Positions 17,073 through 26,184 of a stretch of 64,000 nucleotides of DNA are shown here, piece after piece. Numbering within the stretch: position 1 is the stretch's first letter; each line of letters starts with the position of its first letter. Made by a program: the position numbers and the translations under genes. The notes under the pieces were generated by a model that saw only the letters and a list, made by a program, of their open reading frames with translations, made no database searches and had not been told where the DNA came from. The stretch covers positions 8,709 to 72,708 of the forward strand of contig CAWIGT010000006.1 of assembly GCA_963835845.1 (NCBI GenBank). The letters are read 5' to 3'. The stretch comes from an uncultured Chloroflexia bacterium (GTDB taxonomy: Bacteria; Chloroflexota; Limnocylindria; Limnocylindrales; CSP1-4).

Positions 17073-18787
17073 GCGAGAACTTCTTCTTCGACAACCCGGA
17101 CCTGCAGTTCCGACTCGAGCAGCTCGACCTCCACGAGGTGCTGGAGTTCAAGGAAAAGGGCTACTCGGAATCCGAGTTGTACCCGGGTTCGCCCCGCAAC
17201 TACCCCGACGCCAAGGACAACTACCGCATCGTCCTGGACGTCCTGGGTGAGATCTGCGGCGAGCGGATTTCGCCTCGCGCGGCCGAGGCCGACGAAGAGG
17301 GCGCGCATTTCGAAGACGGCAAGGTCACGTACGCCGCGGCCACGCTGGACGCGATCGAGGCGCTCCGCTCGGCGGAGCTGTTCGGGGCGATGCTGCCGCG
17401 CGAGTTCGGCGGCCTGAACCTGCCCGAGTCCATCTACCAGATGATGGTCGAAGTGGTGGCCCGGGCGGAGAGCGGTTTGATGACCGTGTACGGGCTGCAG
17501 GAAATCGCCTCGATGATCGACGAGTACGGCGATCCCGAGACCAAGGCCCGCGTCCTGCCGAAGTTCGCCCGCGGCGAGGTCTCCGGGGCGATGGTCCTGA
17601 CCGAGGCCGACGCCGGGTCTGATCTGGGCGCCGTGGCAACCAGGGCCACTCTGGACGAAGCCACGGGCCAGTGGCATCTCAACGGCGTGAAGCGCTTCAT
17701 CACCAACGGCCTGGCCGACGTTTCGGTCGTTCTGGCCCGCAGCGAGGAAGGCTCCACGGACGCGCGCGGCCTGTCGATGTTCCTGGTGGAGAAGGACGAC
17801 ACCGTCAAGATCCGCCGCATCGAAAACAAGATGGGCATACACGCTTCGCCGACGTGCGAGATCCAGTACAACAACACGCCGTGCATCCTGATCGGCAAGC
17901 GCCGCTTCGGGTTGATGCGCTACTCGATGAACCTCATGAACGGGGCCCGGCTGGCGGTCGCGGCGCAGGCCCTCGGCATCGCGGAGGCGGCCTACCGCGA
18001 GGCCGACGACTATTCGAAGGAACGCATCCAGTTCGGCAGGCCGATCCGGTCACTGCCGGCGGTCGGCCGTCTGCTGCTGGGCATGAAGGTCGACCTCGAA
18101 GCCACGCGCGCGCTCCTGGCCGAGACTTCGCGTTGGGTGGACCTCTGGAAGGTCTACGAAAAGGCGATCGGCGACGGCACCGCTCCCGACGAGGCGGCCG
18201 CTCGAGCCCGCCACAAGCAGTGCCAGACCCTGGCCGAAACACTCACTCCGATGGTCAAGTACTGCTCCACCGAAATGGGCAACCGCGTCTGCTACCAGTC
18301 GATGCAGGTCCACGGCGGAGTCGGCTACATGCGCGAGTTCAACATCGAGCGGCTCTTCCGCGACGTTCGAATCACGAACATCTACGAAGGCACGAGCCAG
18401 CTGCAGGTCGTCGCGGCCATCGGCAAGCTGCTGAACCGCTCGCTCGATCCGCTCCTGGCGGAGTGGGCCGCGGCCTCGTACCCGGACGACATGGCGGCCG
18501 AGCGGGCCACCCTCGGCGACCTGACGGCCACCTTCCAGCATGCCGTCGACGCGTTGAAGGCTCAGCCCGAGCGCGACAAGGTCGACTACTACGCCTGCGA
18601 CCTGGTCGATTGCGCGGTCTGGCTCGTCAACTCGTGGCTGCTGCTCCGCGACACGAACCTTCTCGAGTCGAAGAAGTCGGTCGCCCGCGCCTACATCGCC
18701 TCCATCGCGCCGCGGCTCCGCGCCACGGCCGAGGTGGTCGTTGGGGCAAACGCGGTTCCGCTGGCGGCCATCGGCTCGCTCCTGTAG
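17069..18787 (+). CDS. Long-form acyl-CoA dehydrogenase (572 aa)
   Basis: GAMVLTEADAGSDLGA, NGVKRFITNG, IENKMGIHASPTCEIQYNN, QVHGGVGYMREFNIERLFRDVRITNIYEGTSQLQ. An ATGA overlap couples it to etfA. Confidence 0.9.
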   Translation: MSENFFFDNPDLQFRLEQLDLHEVLEFKEKGYSESELYPGSPRNYPDAKDNYRIVLDVLGEICGERISPRAAEADEEGAHFEDGKVTYAAATLDAIEALRSAELFGAMLPREFGGLNLPESIYQMMVEVVARAESGLMTVYGLQEIASMIDEYGDPETKARVLPKFARGEVSGAMVLTEADAGSDLGAVATRATLDEATGQWHLNGVKRFITNGLADVSVVLARSEEGSTDARGLSMFLVEKDDTVKIRRIENKMGIHASPTCEIQYNNTPCILIGKRRFGLMRYSMNLMNGARLAVAAQALGIAEAAYREADDYSKERIQFGRPIRSLPAVGRLLLGMKVDLEATRALLAETSRWVDLWKVYEKAIGDGTAPDEAAARARHKQCQTLAETLTPMVKYCSTEMGNRVCYQSMQVHGGVGYMREFNIERLFRDVRITNIYEGTSQLQVVAAIGKLLNRSLDPLLAEWAAASYPDDMAAERATLGDLTATFQHAVDALKAQPERDKVDYYACDLVDCAVWLVNSWLLLRDTNLLESKKSVARAYIASIAPRLRATAEVVVGANAVPLAAIGSLL

Positions 18788-18807
18788 GCCTTACCGCACG
18801 CAGTTCA

Positions 18808-18837
18808 GAGGCCGCCGGGCTCCCGCCCGGCGGCCTC
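18808..18837 (+). terminator. Stem-loop terminator after the etf-acd operon
   Basis: GAGGCCGCCGGGC-tccc-GCCCGGCGGCCTC is a 13-bp perfect stem. It is followed by TCTCTATCT, a weak U-tract. Confidence 0.55.
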
Positions 18838-18924
18838 TCTCTATCTGGCGGGAAGAAGTCGGCGGCTCCAGTCCTCTCGCCGCGGGCGCTTACGGGTGAA
18901 TCGAACTCAGCCGGCAGCACCGCC

Positions 18925-18969
18925 GCCAAGCCAGAGAAATGGAAGCTCCATCAAACCCAGGGCGGTTCA
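18925..18969. mobile_element. Solo terminal remnant (about 45 bp) of a second, inverted copy of the IS3-family element
   Basis: The reverse complement of 18941-18969 (ggaagctccatcaaacccagggcggttca) matches IRL at 20013-20041 at 25 of 29 positions. Weak similarity continues about 15 nt into the former IS body (ccaag..aga..atgg). Confidence 0.7.
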
Positions 18970-19320
18970 GCGGCCTCGCCACGGCCCAGGTAGCCATGGC
19001 TTAACGAGCCTGCTTGGGTCCCGGTCCCGCAGCATCGTTCCGAGGCTCTCGTGGCGGTGGCGGCTCCTGGAGATACGGTCTGCTCAGGTTGGACCTAGCC
19101 CGGCCCTGGCTGGGCGTCGTCGACGCTTGACCGCGACGAAGCGAACCGCCCTGACAGATTCAAGAGCGATTTGATCACGGCTGAACGCTTAGGGCAGCTG
19201 TCGTATTGCCTGAGTCAAATGACAGTTGATAGCCTGCTGGGGCGCGAAAGCGCCGTGTCTTCGGGGGGAGTTGCCGGGTGAACTCTCTGTGTGAGTAGCG
19301 CCGGCAATGAGGAGGTCGAA

Positions 19321-20031
19321 GTGCGGTCTCAGGTGAGAGCAGGGCACCGTTGGTGGCTCCGCTGCGCGACTGCAGCAGCTACGTTGGGGCTGCTGATTGC
19401 GGTTCTCCCCATGGGGATTGTCGCCGCGAAGGCCACTCCTGTCCCCGGCGCGTCAACGTCTCACGTGGTCACGAAGCTGGACGCGTCGACATGCTCGTGG
19501 TGGATTGCAAGCCTCAAGTCAGTCGAGCGCGATCCTCTGTATGGCCCACAACTTCGCAAGGCTATTCCCGAGTCAGCCCTAGCGAGCATCACAAGCGATC
19601 AGTGCACGCTTGCTTCATCGACGACTGTCCAGGTGTCAGGCATCGATGCCGCGGCCCTCGGCGTGACCGGCGTGGCAGTAAGCGCGAGCATGCGAACGGG
19701 GTACACCTTTGGCTACTGGGCCAACCTGGGCTTGTACATCGGCCCTTGGAATCTCGCCCAGTGGCACGTCGACACGGGCATCCAGTGGCTTAACCCAATC
19801 AGCTACACCGTCAAATGGGGTCCCAGCTGCTATCTCACGACCTTTCCCGGCTATATGGGCGGGTGGGATCAAGGGGGCTGGTGCGGCGTCTATTACCCGC
19901 AATTGAACTGGACCGCGCAGCCCGGTTCCAACTTCTGGTTCTCTCCAGCGCCTTTGCCGCTTGCGAACCAAAAGAGGTGGGGCTGGATGCGCTACTACGC
20001 ATACGCAGACGGTGAACCGTACTGGGTTTGA
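19321..20031 (+). CDS. Secreted aromatic (Trp/Tyr/Gly)-rich hypothetical protein. Its last 6 codons and stop lie inside the IS inverted repeat.
   Basis: GAGGAGG lies 5 nt upstream of the GTG at 19321. There is a signal-like N-terminus, RWWLRCATAAATLGLLIAVLPMGIVAAKA. The body reads GYWANLGLYIGPWNLAQWHVDTGIQWLNP...GGWDQGGWCGVYYPQLNW. Local GC is visibly lower than in the flanks. Confidence 0.65.
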   Translation: MRSQVRAGHRWWLRCATAAATLGLLIAVLPMGIVAAKATPVPGASTSHVVTKLDASTCSWWIASLKSVERDPLYGPQLRKAIPESALASITSDQCTLASSTTVQVSGIDAAALGVTGVAVSASMRTGYTFGYWANLGLYIGPWNLAQWHVDTGIQWLNPISYTVKWGPSCYLTTFPGYMGGWDQGGWCGVYYPQLNWTAQPGSNFWFSPAPLPLANQKRWGWMRYYAYADGEPYWV

Positions 20032-20064
20032 TGGAGGCTCCATCTCTTGGAGGATGATGGAGCA

Positions 20065-20406
20065 ATGTCAGAGAACCAAGGCAGTCACGACCACCGTCAC
20101 CGCTACCCACCGGAGCTTCGAGAGCGCGCCGTCCGGATGGTCTTCGAGACGATCGAGCAATCCGGCGAACGCAACGGAGCCGTCACTCGAGTAGCCCGCA
20201 ACCTCGGCATCGGAACCGAGTCTCTTCGCCAGTGGGTCCGCCAGGCCGAGGTCGACAAGGGTGCGCGAGCGGGCCTCACGACCGAGGAGCGTCGGCGCAT
20301 CGTCGAGCTCGAGAAGGAGAACCGGGAGCTGCGCCGCTCCAACGAGATCCTCAAGAGCGCCGCGGCTTTCTTCGGGGCGGAGCTCGACCGCCGCTCACAG
20401 AAGTGA
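20065..20406 (+). CDS. IS3 transposase OrfA (HTH plus leucine zipper)
   Basis: YPPELRERAVRMVFETIEQSGERNGAVTRVARNLGIGTESLRQWVRQAE...EERRRIVELEKENRELRRSNEILKSAAAFF. Confidence 0.9.
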   Translation: MSENQGSHDHRHRYPPELRERAVRMVFETIEQSGERNGAVTRVARNLGIGTESLRQWVRQAEVDKGARAGLTTEERRRIVELEKENRELRRSNEILKSAAAFFGAELDRRSQK

Positions 20407-21287
20407 CCCGCTACATCGATCGCAACCGTGGCTCCTACGGGGTCGAGCCGATCTGCACTGAGCTGCAGATTGCCCCCAGCTCCTACTACGCCGCTCGCAG
20501 TCGGCCCCCATCGGCCCGCGACGTTTCGGACTCGATGCTCAAGGACGTGATCATTCGCGTCCACCGGGCCAACTTCGGGGTATACGGGGCCCGCAAGGTC
20601 TGGAAGGCCCTCCACCGCCTGGGCCTCGACGCCGGCCGCGACCAGGTCGCCCGCCTGATGAAGGCTGTCAACCTGCAGGGCGTCACGCGGGAGAAGACGA
20701 TCCGGACAACGCGACCCGACGATCAGGCCGCTCGACCGGCTGACCTCGTCGAGCGCAGCTTCACCGCATCGTCCCCCAATCGGCTCTGGCTCGCCGATCT
20801 CACCTACGTCTGGACCGACGCCGGCTTCGCCTACACCGCCTTCATCACCGACGCCTTCTCCCGACGGATCGTCGGCTGGCGGACGTCGGCGAACCTCCGG
20901 ACCGATCTCGCCCTCGATGCCCTTGAGATGGCGCTCGCCTTTCGGGGCAAGGAGCTGCCCGGGCTCATCCATCACAGTGACCGCGGCGTTCAATATCTCG
21001 CCATCCGCTACACCGAGCGCCTCGACGAGGCCAAGGCCGTCAACAGCGTCGGGAGCAAGGGCGACAGCTACGACAACGCCCTGGCCGAGTCCGTCAACGG
21101 GCTATACAAGGCCGAGCTCATCCGCCGCCGGAAACGATGGCGAACGCTCGGGGAGCTCGAGCTCGCAACCGCGGCGTGGGTCCATTGGTACAACACCGAG
21201 CGGCTCCACGGCACCTGCGGCGACATCCCGCCGGCCGAGTTCGAGGAGGCCTACTATCGCCAACTAGAAGAGGCGCATGCCGCCTGA
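20400..21287 (+). CDS. IS3 transposase OrfB (DDE/rve integrase core), presumably made as an OrfAB fusion by a -1 frameshift near 20370-20400
   Basis: YGVEPICTELQIAPSSYY, GVYGARKVWKALHRLG, NRLWLADLTYVWT, HHSDRGVQYLAIRY, SVGSKGDSYDNALAESVNGLYKAELI, YNTERLH. The frame is -1 relative to orfA. Confidence 0.88.
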   Translation, partial: EVTRYIDRNRGSYGVEPICTELQIAPSSYYAARSRPPSARDVSDSMLKDVIIRVHRANFGVYGARKVWKALHRLGLDAGRDQVARLMKAVNLQGVTREKTIRTTRPDDQAARPADLVERSFTASSPNRLWLADLTYVWTDAGFAYTAFITDAFSRRIVGWRTSANLRTDLALDALEMALAFRGKELPGLIHHSDRGVQYLAIRYTERLDEAKAVNSVGSKGDSYDNALAESVNGLYKAELIRRRKRWRTLGELELATAAWVHWYNTERLHGTCGDIPPAEFEEAYYRQLEEAHAA

Positions 21288-21327
21288 TTCCAATTCCGGG
21301 AGTCTCCACGATTCCCAGGGCGGTTCA

Positions 21328-21796
21328 GTGATCTCATAGCCATGGGCCGCCGCCAGCCAGTGGAGTGCCAGCAGTCCCGCCTCGACTGCCAACGCCGGTC
21401 GCTTGACGGCGAGATCGCGCGCCGCCCGGGTGAGTGGTCTGCTTCGTGCGCCGCCCAGAGCCGCTCCAGCCATGCGCCCCGAACGCTGGCGTCAGCGGGC
21501 CTATTGCGATGATCGGCACGAGCTCGGAGAGGGCGTGGTTCACAGCTGTCCTGATGGCGCCCGACGAACCGTCCACCTGCTCGATTGCGGGAGAGAGGCG
21601 CTCGATCAAGGAGACCGCACCTTCGGCCGCGAGCACGGGATCCTTCCGCGCGACCTTCTTGATCTCCGTTTGCGCTTGCTTGATGCGCTGGATTGCCGGC
21701 TGCGATTTCGCAACCCCGGCGGTTCCGCCCGTCGGGTTTCTCTTTGCGCCGAAGGTGGGGTACGCGGCGCTGGCGTCGGTTGATCTCTGGATCTGC
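21328..21796 (-). pseudogene. Internal fragment of an unidentified conserved hypothetical gene, cut by the IS at its 3' side and by the TA module at its 5' side, with at least 2 frame switches
   Basis: IKQAQTEIKKVARKDPVLAAEGAVSLIERLSPAIEQVDGSSGAIRTAVNHALSELVPIIA, then VRGAWLERLWAAHEADH in a second frame, then LAVKRPALAVEAGLLALHWLAAAHGYEIT in a third. The last frame runs straight into IRR. Confidence 0.55.
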
Positions 21797-22213
21797 TTAC
21801 CGTTCGGCGAGGGTCGCCAGGAACTCGGCCGGGGTCATGACCGGTAGGACTTCCCGCAGAACCAGCAGGTGCGAGTCACCGGAGACCAGCACGTCCGCAG
21901 CCGCGGCGCGCGCCAGGTCGAGAAGATATTCGTCGTCCGGGTCAGCGCTGAGCGGCTCCTCCGCCGGCGGCGGATCATCATGCGCCGTGGCCTCGTGCTC
22001 GATGAGTTCCACGTACCCAGCCACCTCAGCCGCAGTGACATAAGTCTGAAACTTGGGGCGCGCCAGAACCTCGCGGAGCCCTGCAATCACCGCGGGCGAA
22101 ACGACGAGCTCAAAGGCGCCGGCACGCAGCTCGAGCAGGAGCGCGGCGCTGGGACCGCCCGGACTGATCAACTCCGAGACGAGGACGTTGGTGTCAAGAA
22201 CCGCGCGAGTCAC
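21797..22213 (-). CDS. PIN-domain toxin (TA system toxin component)
   Basis: MTRAVLDTNVLVSELISPGGPSAALL...DPDDEYLLDLARAAAADVLVSGDSHLLVL. Confidence 0.85.
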   Translation of the reverse strand: MTRAVLDTNVLVSELISPGGPSAALLLELRAGAFELVVSPAVIAGLREVLARPKFQTYVTAAEVAGYVELIEHEATAHDDPPPAEEPLSADPDDEYLLDLARAAAADVLVSGDSHLLVLREVLPVMTPAEFLATLAER

Positions 22214-22442
22214 GCTTGTCCGCCCGGGCCGCGTGGGTTTCCTCGACGGCGAGGCGCATCGCTTCGTCTTCGGTCAGATTGCTGCGCGCCCAAACGCTCG
22301 CGAGTATGTCGAAGCCGAGGTAGGCGCGTAGCGCCTCTTCGACCACTTCTGAGTCACGCTTGTCGGTACGAGCTGCGCGAACGCGAGCCGCCCGCATCAC
22401 GTCCTCGTCGACGTACAGGGTCACCTTCTTCTTGGTTGCCAT
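22194..22442 (-). CDS. Ribbon-helix-helix (CopG-like) antitoxin
   Basis: MATKKKVTLYVDEDVMRAARVRAARTDKRDSEVVEEALRAYL. It overlaps the toxin start by 20 nt. Confidence 0.8.
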   Translation of the reverse strand: MATKKKVTLYVDEDVMRAARVRAARTDKRDSEVVEEALRAYLGFDILASVWARSNLTEDEAMRLAVEETHAARADKRDSRGS

Positions 22443-22443
22443 A

Positions 22444-22467
22444 ATGCCATCTTACCGGCATGATGGC
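22444..22467. promoter_or_regulatory. Nested inverted repeats just upstream of the antitoxin start (candidate autoregulatory operator)
   Basis: ATGCC-N8-GGCAT (22444-22461) is interleaved with GCCATC-N10-GATGGC (22446-22467). Confidence 0.45.
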
Positions 22468-22628
22468 TAAGCGGCAAGACGCGCCGGCTTGATCTCGTCG
22501 AGCGTGGCATTCGGAGCTGACTGCAAGTGGAGCATCGTCAGTGCGTACGAGCGCCGGACGGGCGGTCGGCCGTCGCGCGTCGGGCGCGGCATGGTGATCG
22601 CCAGTTATGAGCCAGTGAGGGGCTGACA

Positions 22629-22810
22629 CTAGTCGTCCACTTGCGCCACGCCCTCGGGTTCGGGCAGCCGCGGGGCGAGGATCCACACACGCTGCGCGGT
22701 CGTCGTCGCGCCGACCTTGGACCGCGCGTTCGCCAGGTGGTGCTTCACGGTCGAGTTCCGACGTGGTCGGCCGGTGTGGCCCCAGTTCGCTCGCGAGCGG
22801 ACGTGCAGCG
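22629..22810 (-). pseudogene. Remnant of a LuxR-type HTH regulator (C-terminal helix-turn-helix only, with one frame switch)
   Basis: LASELG in one frame, then HTGRPRRNSTVKHHLANARSKVGATTTAQ. There is no room for an N-terminal domain after the YciI stop. Confidence 0.5.
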
Positions 22811-23104
22811 TTACGGCCTCCGGGAGTCGAGCCGGATCGTCCACTCCTCGACGCTGTCGATCACCAGATGCGACCCCAGCCACGGATCGTCGGCGAGCGT
22901 TGCACGAACGGCGGCTTCCGAGTCGGCCTCGACCACGAGCAGGACGCGGTCGGCATCGAGTGGGCCACCGAGCACGATGAAGCCGGATTCGACCAACTCG
23001 TCCATGAACCCCGCGTGCTCGCCCCACAGGGACTGCTCGGCCATCGGCCGCGAGTGATCCCACGCGGGACCTGCATGGAGTTCTCTGACCAGGTACATCG
23101 TCAC
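22811..23104 (-). CDS. YciI-like (YCII-related) small protein
   Basis: The 97-aa ORF reads MYLVRELHAGPAWDHSRPMAEQSLWGEHAGFMDELVESGFIVLGGPL...RATLADDPW. Confidence 0.7.
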   Translation of the reverse strand: MTMYLVRELHAGPAWDHSRPMAEQSLWGEHAGFMDELVESGFIVLGGPLDADRVLLVVEADSEAAVRATLADDPWLGSHLVIDSVEEWTIRLDSRRP

Positions 23105-23824
23105 TGCCCATTCTAGGCCCGATGGTCATGGCTTGAGCCTCGCTCGTGAAGCAACCCAGAACCGTTTCGGCTTGCGGCTCGTCTGGATGGATGTGATGCG
23201 CTCACCCATTGACCGAGGGGGTCAGGCCGTCAGGAAGAGGTCGACCGGCTCTCGACGGCCGCCCACCGTCACGCGGCAACGGCGGATCTGCCGGTCCGGA
23301 GGTCCGAGCCCTCTCGCCCGACCATTCGAGTACTTGCTTCCAGCTCGAGTTGGGGGCGCCGGCTGCGCGTCGGCCAGTCGCGGCCAGGATGGCGGCTCGT
23401 TGTATGGAAGTCTTAGATCCCCTCAGGCCCTTAAGCCGTCTTCCAGACCCGGCCAACGTAGCTCGGTATGTTCGCGACCGGGATCAGCAAAGATGGCGAC
23501 GGCGTCTCGGCTCTAAGCCTCTCGGCCCGACCATGACAACCAATCGAGCCTCATTCCGGACTCGATCCCACCCTTGAGTCGTTGCAGAAAGTCGGCTCGT
23601 CGAGTCCTTGACCCGCAGGGGAGCCGGCCCACGACGAATCGTCCGGATGAGAGCCTGGTCTCACGATGGACGCGGTCGACGCCGATACCTCGCAAGGTGC
23701 GAAAAGGGTCCCCCGAGCCCTTGTGGCGGAAGGATGGTCCGATCAGGGATGACCGCCCTCAGATCGCGACACGCCCAGTCGGAACGCCGCGCACCACTGA
23801 CGAAGGTCCAGGAGAAGTCTCGAA

Positions 23825-25162
23825 ATGCATACAGCCTCACCAGGCCGGATCAGCGCATGTGTCGCGACTCTCGCGCTCGTGGCCGCATCAACGCTCGCCA
23901 CCGGCCCAGTCCATGCGTCGAATGAAAGAGGGACCGGCTACCAGGGTGGAGCGGGAGCAGCGGACCCTCTCGATCTCACTGTTACGGCTACCGTGGATTC
24001 GACTGGCATGATGACCATTGTCCCCTCGGGACCGGTATTCACCACCGGCGGCTCATGCTCGTACACGGTCGACTGGCCGCTTGGAACCGACCTCAACGGT
24101 ACGCACGTGCAAACGCTCGACACGACGGTTGCCCCATCCGCGGACGGTTCGTGCCCGACATGGACGCTCCGTCTACCTGCCGACGAGTTCGCAGGCGGAC
24201 ACATCGAGGCGCAGGTCCACGAGGTCGAGGACGGCGGCTTCTCCTACGACGTGTCGGTCTCCACTGAGTCGCCGGCGTCGACCGGTCCGGTCATGAGCAA
24301 CCTGCCGATCGCGTATTTCGACACCGGCACGCTCCGCACAGGCGTCGAAACCACCTGGGCACCCGAAGTCGTCGGAGGCTCCGATCCGATCGCCGCCTGT
24401 ACGTTCTCTCATGGAGAGTTCGCCGAGGACGACAGCTTCATCGATGGTGGCGTGGACTATGACCACTCGCCATCGTGCACGCCGGTGACCTGGACGCCGG
24501 CCGGCACTTACATCGACGCCGGCCAGGCCTGGATTGTGGCCGGTTCCGGCGGGCATGGACTCCCCGGAGAAGCGGGCGGCTTCGATTCCGCCATCACCGT
24601 CTATGTCAGCGTCCACCCGGGGCCAGATCCGAGCGAGTCGCCGAGCCTCGAGCCGACGGCTCCACCGAGCGACGGTCCTACCTCCGGACCAAGCGATGCC
24701 CCTGCGCCGTCAGCGTCGCCCTCTCCAGTCGCGACGCCGGTCGGGTGCAGCGCCCCAACGATTGCCCTTTCTGAGAAGGCGGTCGTGTCGGGTGGCAGGG
24801 TTCACGTTGTCGGCTGCGGCTTCAAGGCCAATGAACCTGTGACCCTGACACTGGACGGGGACCCTTCCGCTCTCGGTCAGTTCGTGGCTGGCGAGGACGG
24901 CACATTCAGCGCAACCTGCACCATGCCCGCTGGCATGTACGGTCAGCACACCATCACGGCGACCAGCGAGACCACTACGACCGCGATTCCTGTCGCGATC
25001 GTTGCCGGCCCTTCGGCAACGCCTCCGCCGACAAACACGGACAAGGAACCGGGCGGAAGCTCGTCCACGACTGCGCTCGCTTTGGCTCTGCTTGTGGCGT
25101 TGACCGGAGTACTCGGTGCGACGTTCCGCTCCTCTCGATCGCGGAGCCGGACGAAGCTGTAA
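23825..25162 (+). CDS. Secreted, C-terminally membrane-anchored surface protein (hypothetical)
   Basis: Signal-like ACVATLALVAASTLATGPVHA, a Pro/Ser-rich linker, and a C-terminal TTALALALLVALTGVLGATFRSSRSRSRTKL. No LPXTG motif was seen. Confidence 0.7.
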   Translation: MHTASPGRISACVATLALVAASTLATGPVHASNERGTGYQGGAGAADPLDLTVTATVDSTGMMTIVPSGPVFTTGGSCSYTVDWPLGTDLNGTHVQTLDTTVAPSADGSCPTWTLRLPADEFAGGHIEAQVHEVEDGGFSYDVSVSTESPASTGPVMSNLPIAYFDTGTLRTGVETTWAPEVVGGSDPIAACTFSHGEFAEDDSFIDGGVDYDHSPSCTPVTWTPAGTYIDAGQAWIVAGSGGHGLPGEAGGFDSAITVYVSVHPGPDPSESPSLEPTAPPSDGPTSGPSDAPAPSASPSPVATPVGCSAPTIALSEKAVVSGGRVHVVGCGFKANEPVTLTLDGDPSALGQFVAGEDGTFSATCTMPAGMYGQHTITATSETTTTAIPVAIVAGPSATPPPTNTDKEPGGSSSTTALALALLVALTGVLGATFRSSRSRSRTKL

Positions 25163-25249
25163 CAAGAGCTCACGGCCGGCGCCTTCGGGGTCGTTGCCCG
25201 TTTGAACTGGAGCCCGCAACGGACCCCTGACGCGCGCAGAAGTAGCGCC

Positions 25250-25861
25250 CTACAACTTCGCCGCTGCGGCCTGAGCCAGTGTCTTCTCGGCTGCCTCGAT
25301 TTGGTCGAGTGTTACGTCGAGCCGCTGGATCCCCACAGTGAACGAATTGGATCCCTTTTTGAACACCAGCTGCGTGCCAATCGTGCCCGCGACGAGGAAG
25401 CACGCCGCATCGCCAACGCCGTCGACCTTCACGATCGACGGGTCGGAGACGCTGCACGTGTCTTGATAGGTCGCTCCGGACCCCTCCGGGTTGATCGAGA
25501 TGCTGATGGAGGCGTTCGTCTCGTTCTGCCAGAGGCACATCTGCCCGTCGTTCTGGGGGACGCCCGCGCCGAGCGATCCGCCGCCGGCGGCGTCGACCTG
25601 GTCCTGCGTCCAGACGGTGCATAGGTTGGATACTGGAACCTGCCCGCCTTGCGACGCGGGAACGACATAGGATGCGGGAGCGGCCTCAGACGCGGCCGGG
25701 CCGGCTTCTGTCGCGCCGGCGAGGTTGGCGGTCGGAGTGGGTCCACCCGACGACCCGCATGCCGCGACGACGAGCACCGTAAGCGCACAGATCAGAAGTC
25801 TGCCGCCTCGCTCAACCGCAGGCCTCGTCGACCGTGAAAGTGCCCGAACCTTTCCTGCCAT
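25250..25861 (-). CDS. Lipoprotein (hypothetical)
   Basis: MAGKVRALSRSTRPAVERGGRLLICALTVLVVAACGSSGG contains a lipobox (VVAAC). The upstream part of track ORF 25250..26281 is Arg/Pro-rich junk. Confidence 0.7.
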   Translation of the reverse strand: MAGKVRALSRSTRPAVERGGRLLICALTVLVVAACGSSGGPTPTANLAGATEAGPAASEAAPASYVVPASQGGQVPVSNLCTVWTQDQVDAAGGGSLGAGVPQNDGQMCLWQNETNASISISINPEGSGATYQDTCSVSDPSIVKVDGVGDAACFLVAGTIGTQLVFKKGSNSFTVGIQRLDVTLDQIEAAEKTLAQAAAAKL

Positions 25862-26184
25862 GCCGGTCTCTCCAGGCTTAGTGCGTCCGAGCAAGCGACT
25901 GGGGCGCCTGCTGTCGGCGCTGGAACGATGGCCACTCACCGCGCTACCAGCAACTCGTAAGGCTCGCAGGGTTCCGACGGTCCCGAGTGAGAGGCTAGCA
26001 TCCGGAGTGCGGCCCCAGAATCCCGTCTCGCCCGGCGCGTCGCGCCGCTCGCACTCCGCGACGGTGGTTCCGAGCCGGCAAGGACGAAAACGACGGAGGC
26101 GACCCAGACGAGCCGTGAGCCGAGACGCGGAACCCTCGCCGCCGGGCCCCGCAGAATCGTCTGGGCAGGCAGGCCCCGAGCAGG

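Larger units (their letters stand above)
20013..21327 (+). mobile_element. IS3-family insertion sequence (1315 bp) with 29-bp imperfect terminal inverted repeats
   Basis: IRL is tgaaccgtactgggtttgatggaggctcc (20013-20041). IRR is ggagtctccacgattcccagggcggttca (21299-21327). They match at 22 of 29 positions and have TG...CA termini. The orfA/orfB arrangement is typical of the family. I found no flanking direct repeat. Confidence 0.9.

Noticed and set aside
23105-23824. A possible decayed gene in the ORF-less 700 bp (for example the minus-strand DAVAIFADPGREHTELRWPGLEDGL)
   Set aside because: The fragments are short and interrupted by stops in every frame, and I recognised no family. I have left the region unannotated.
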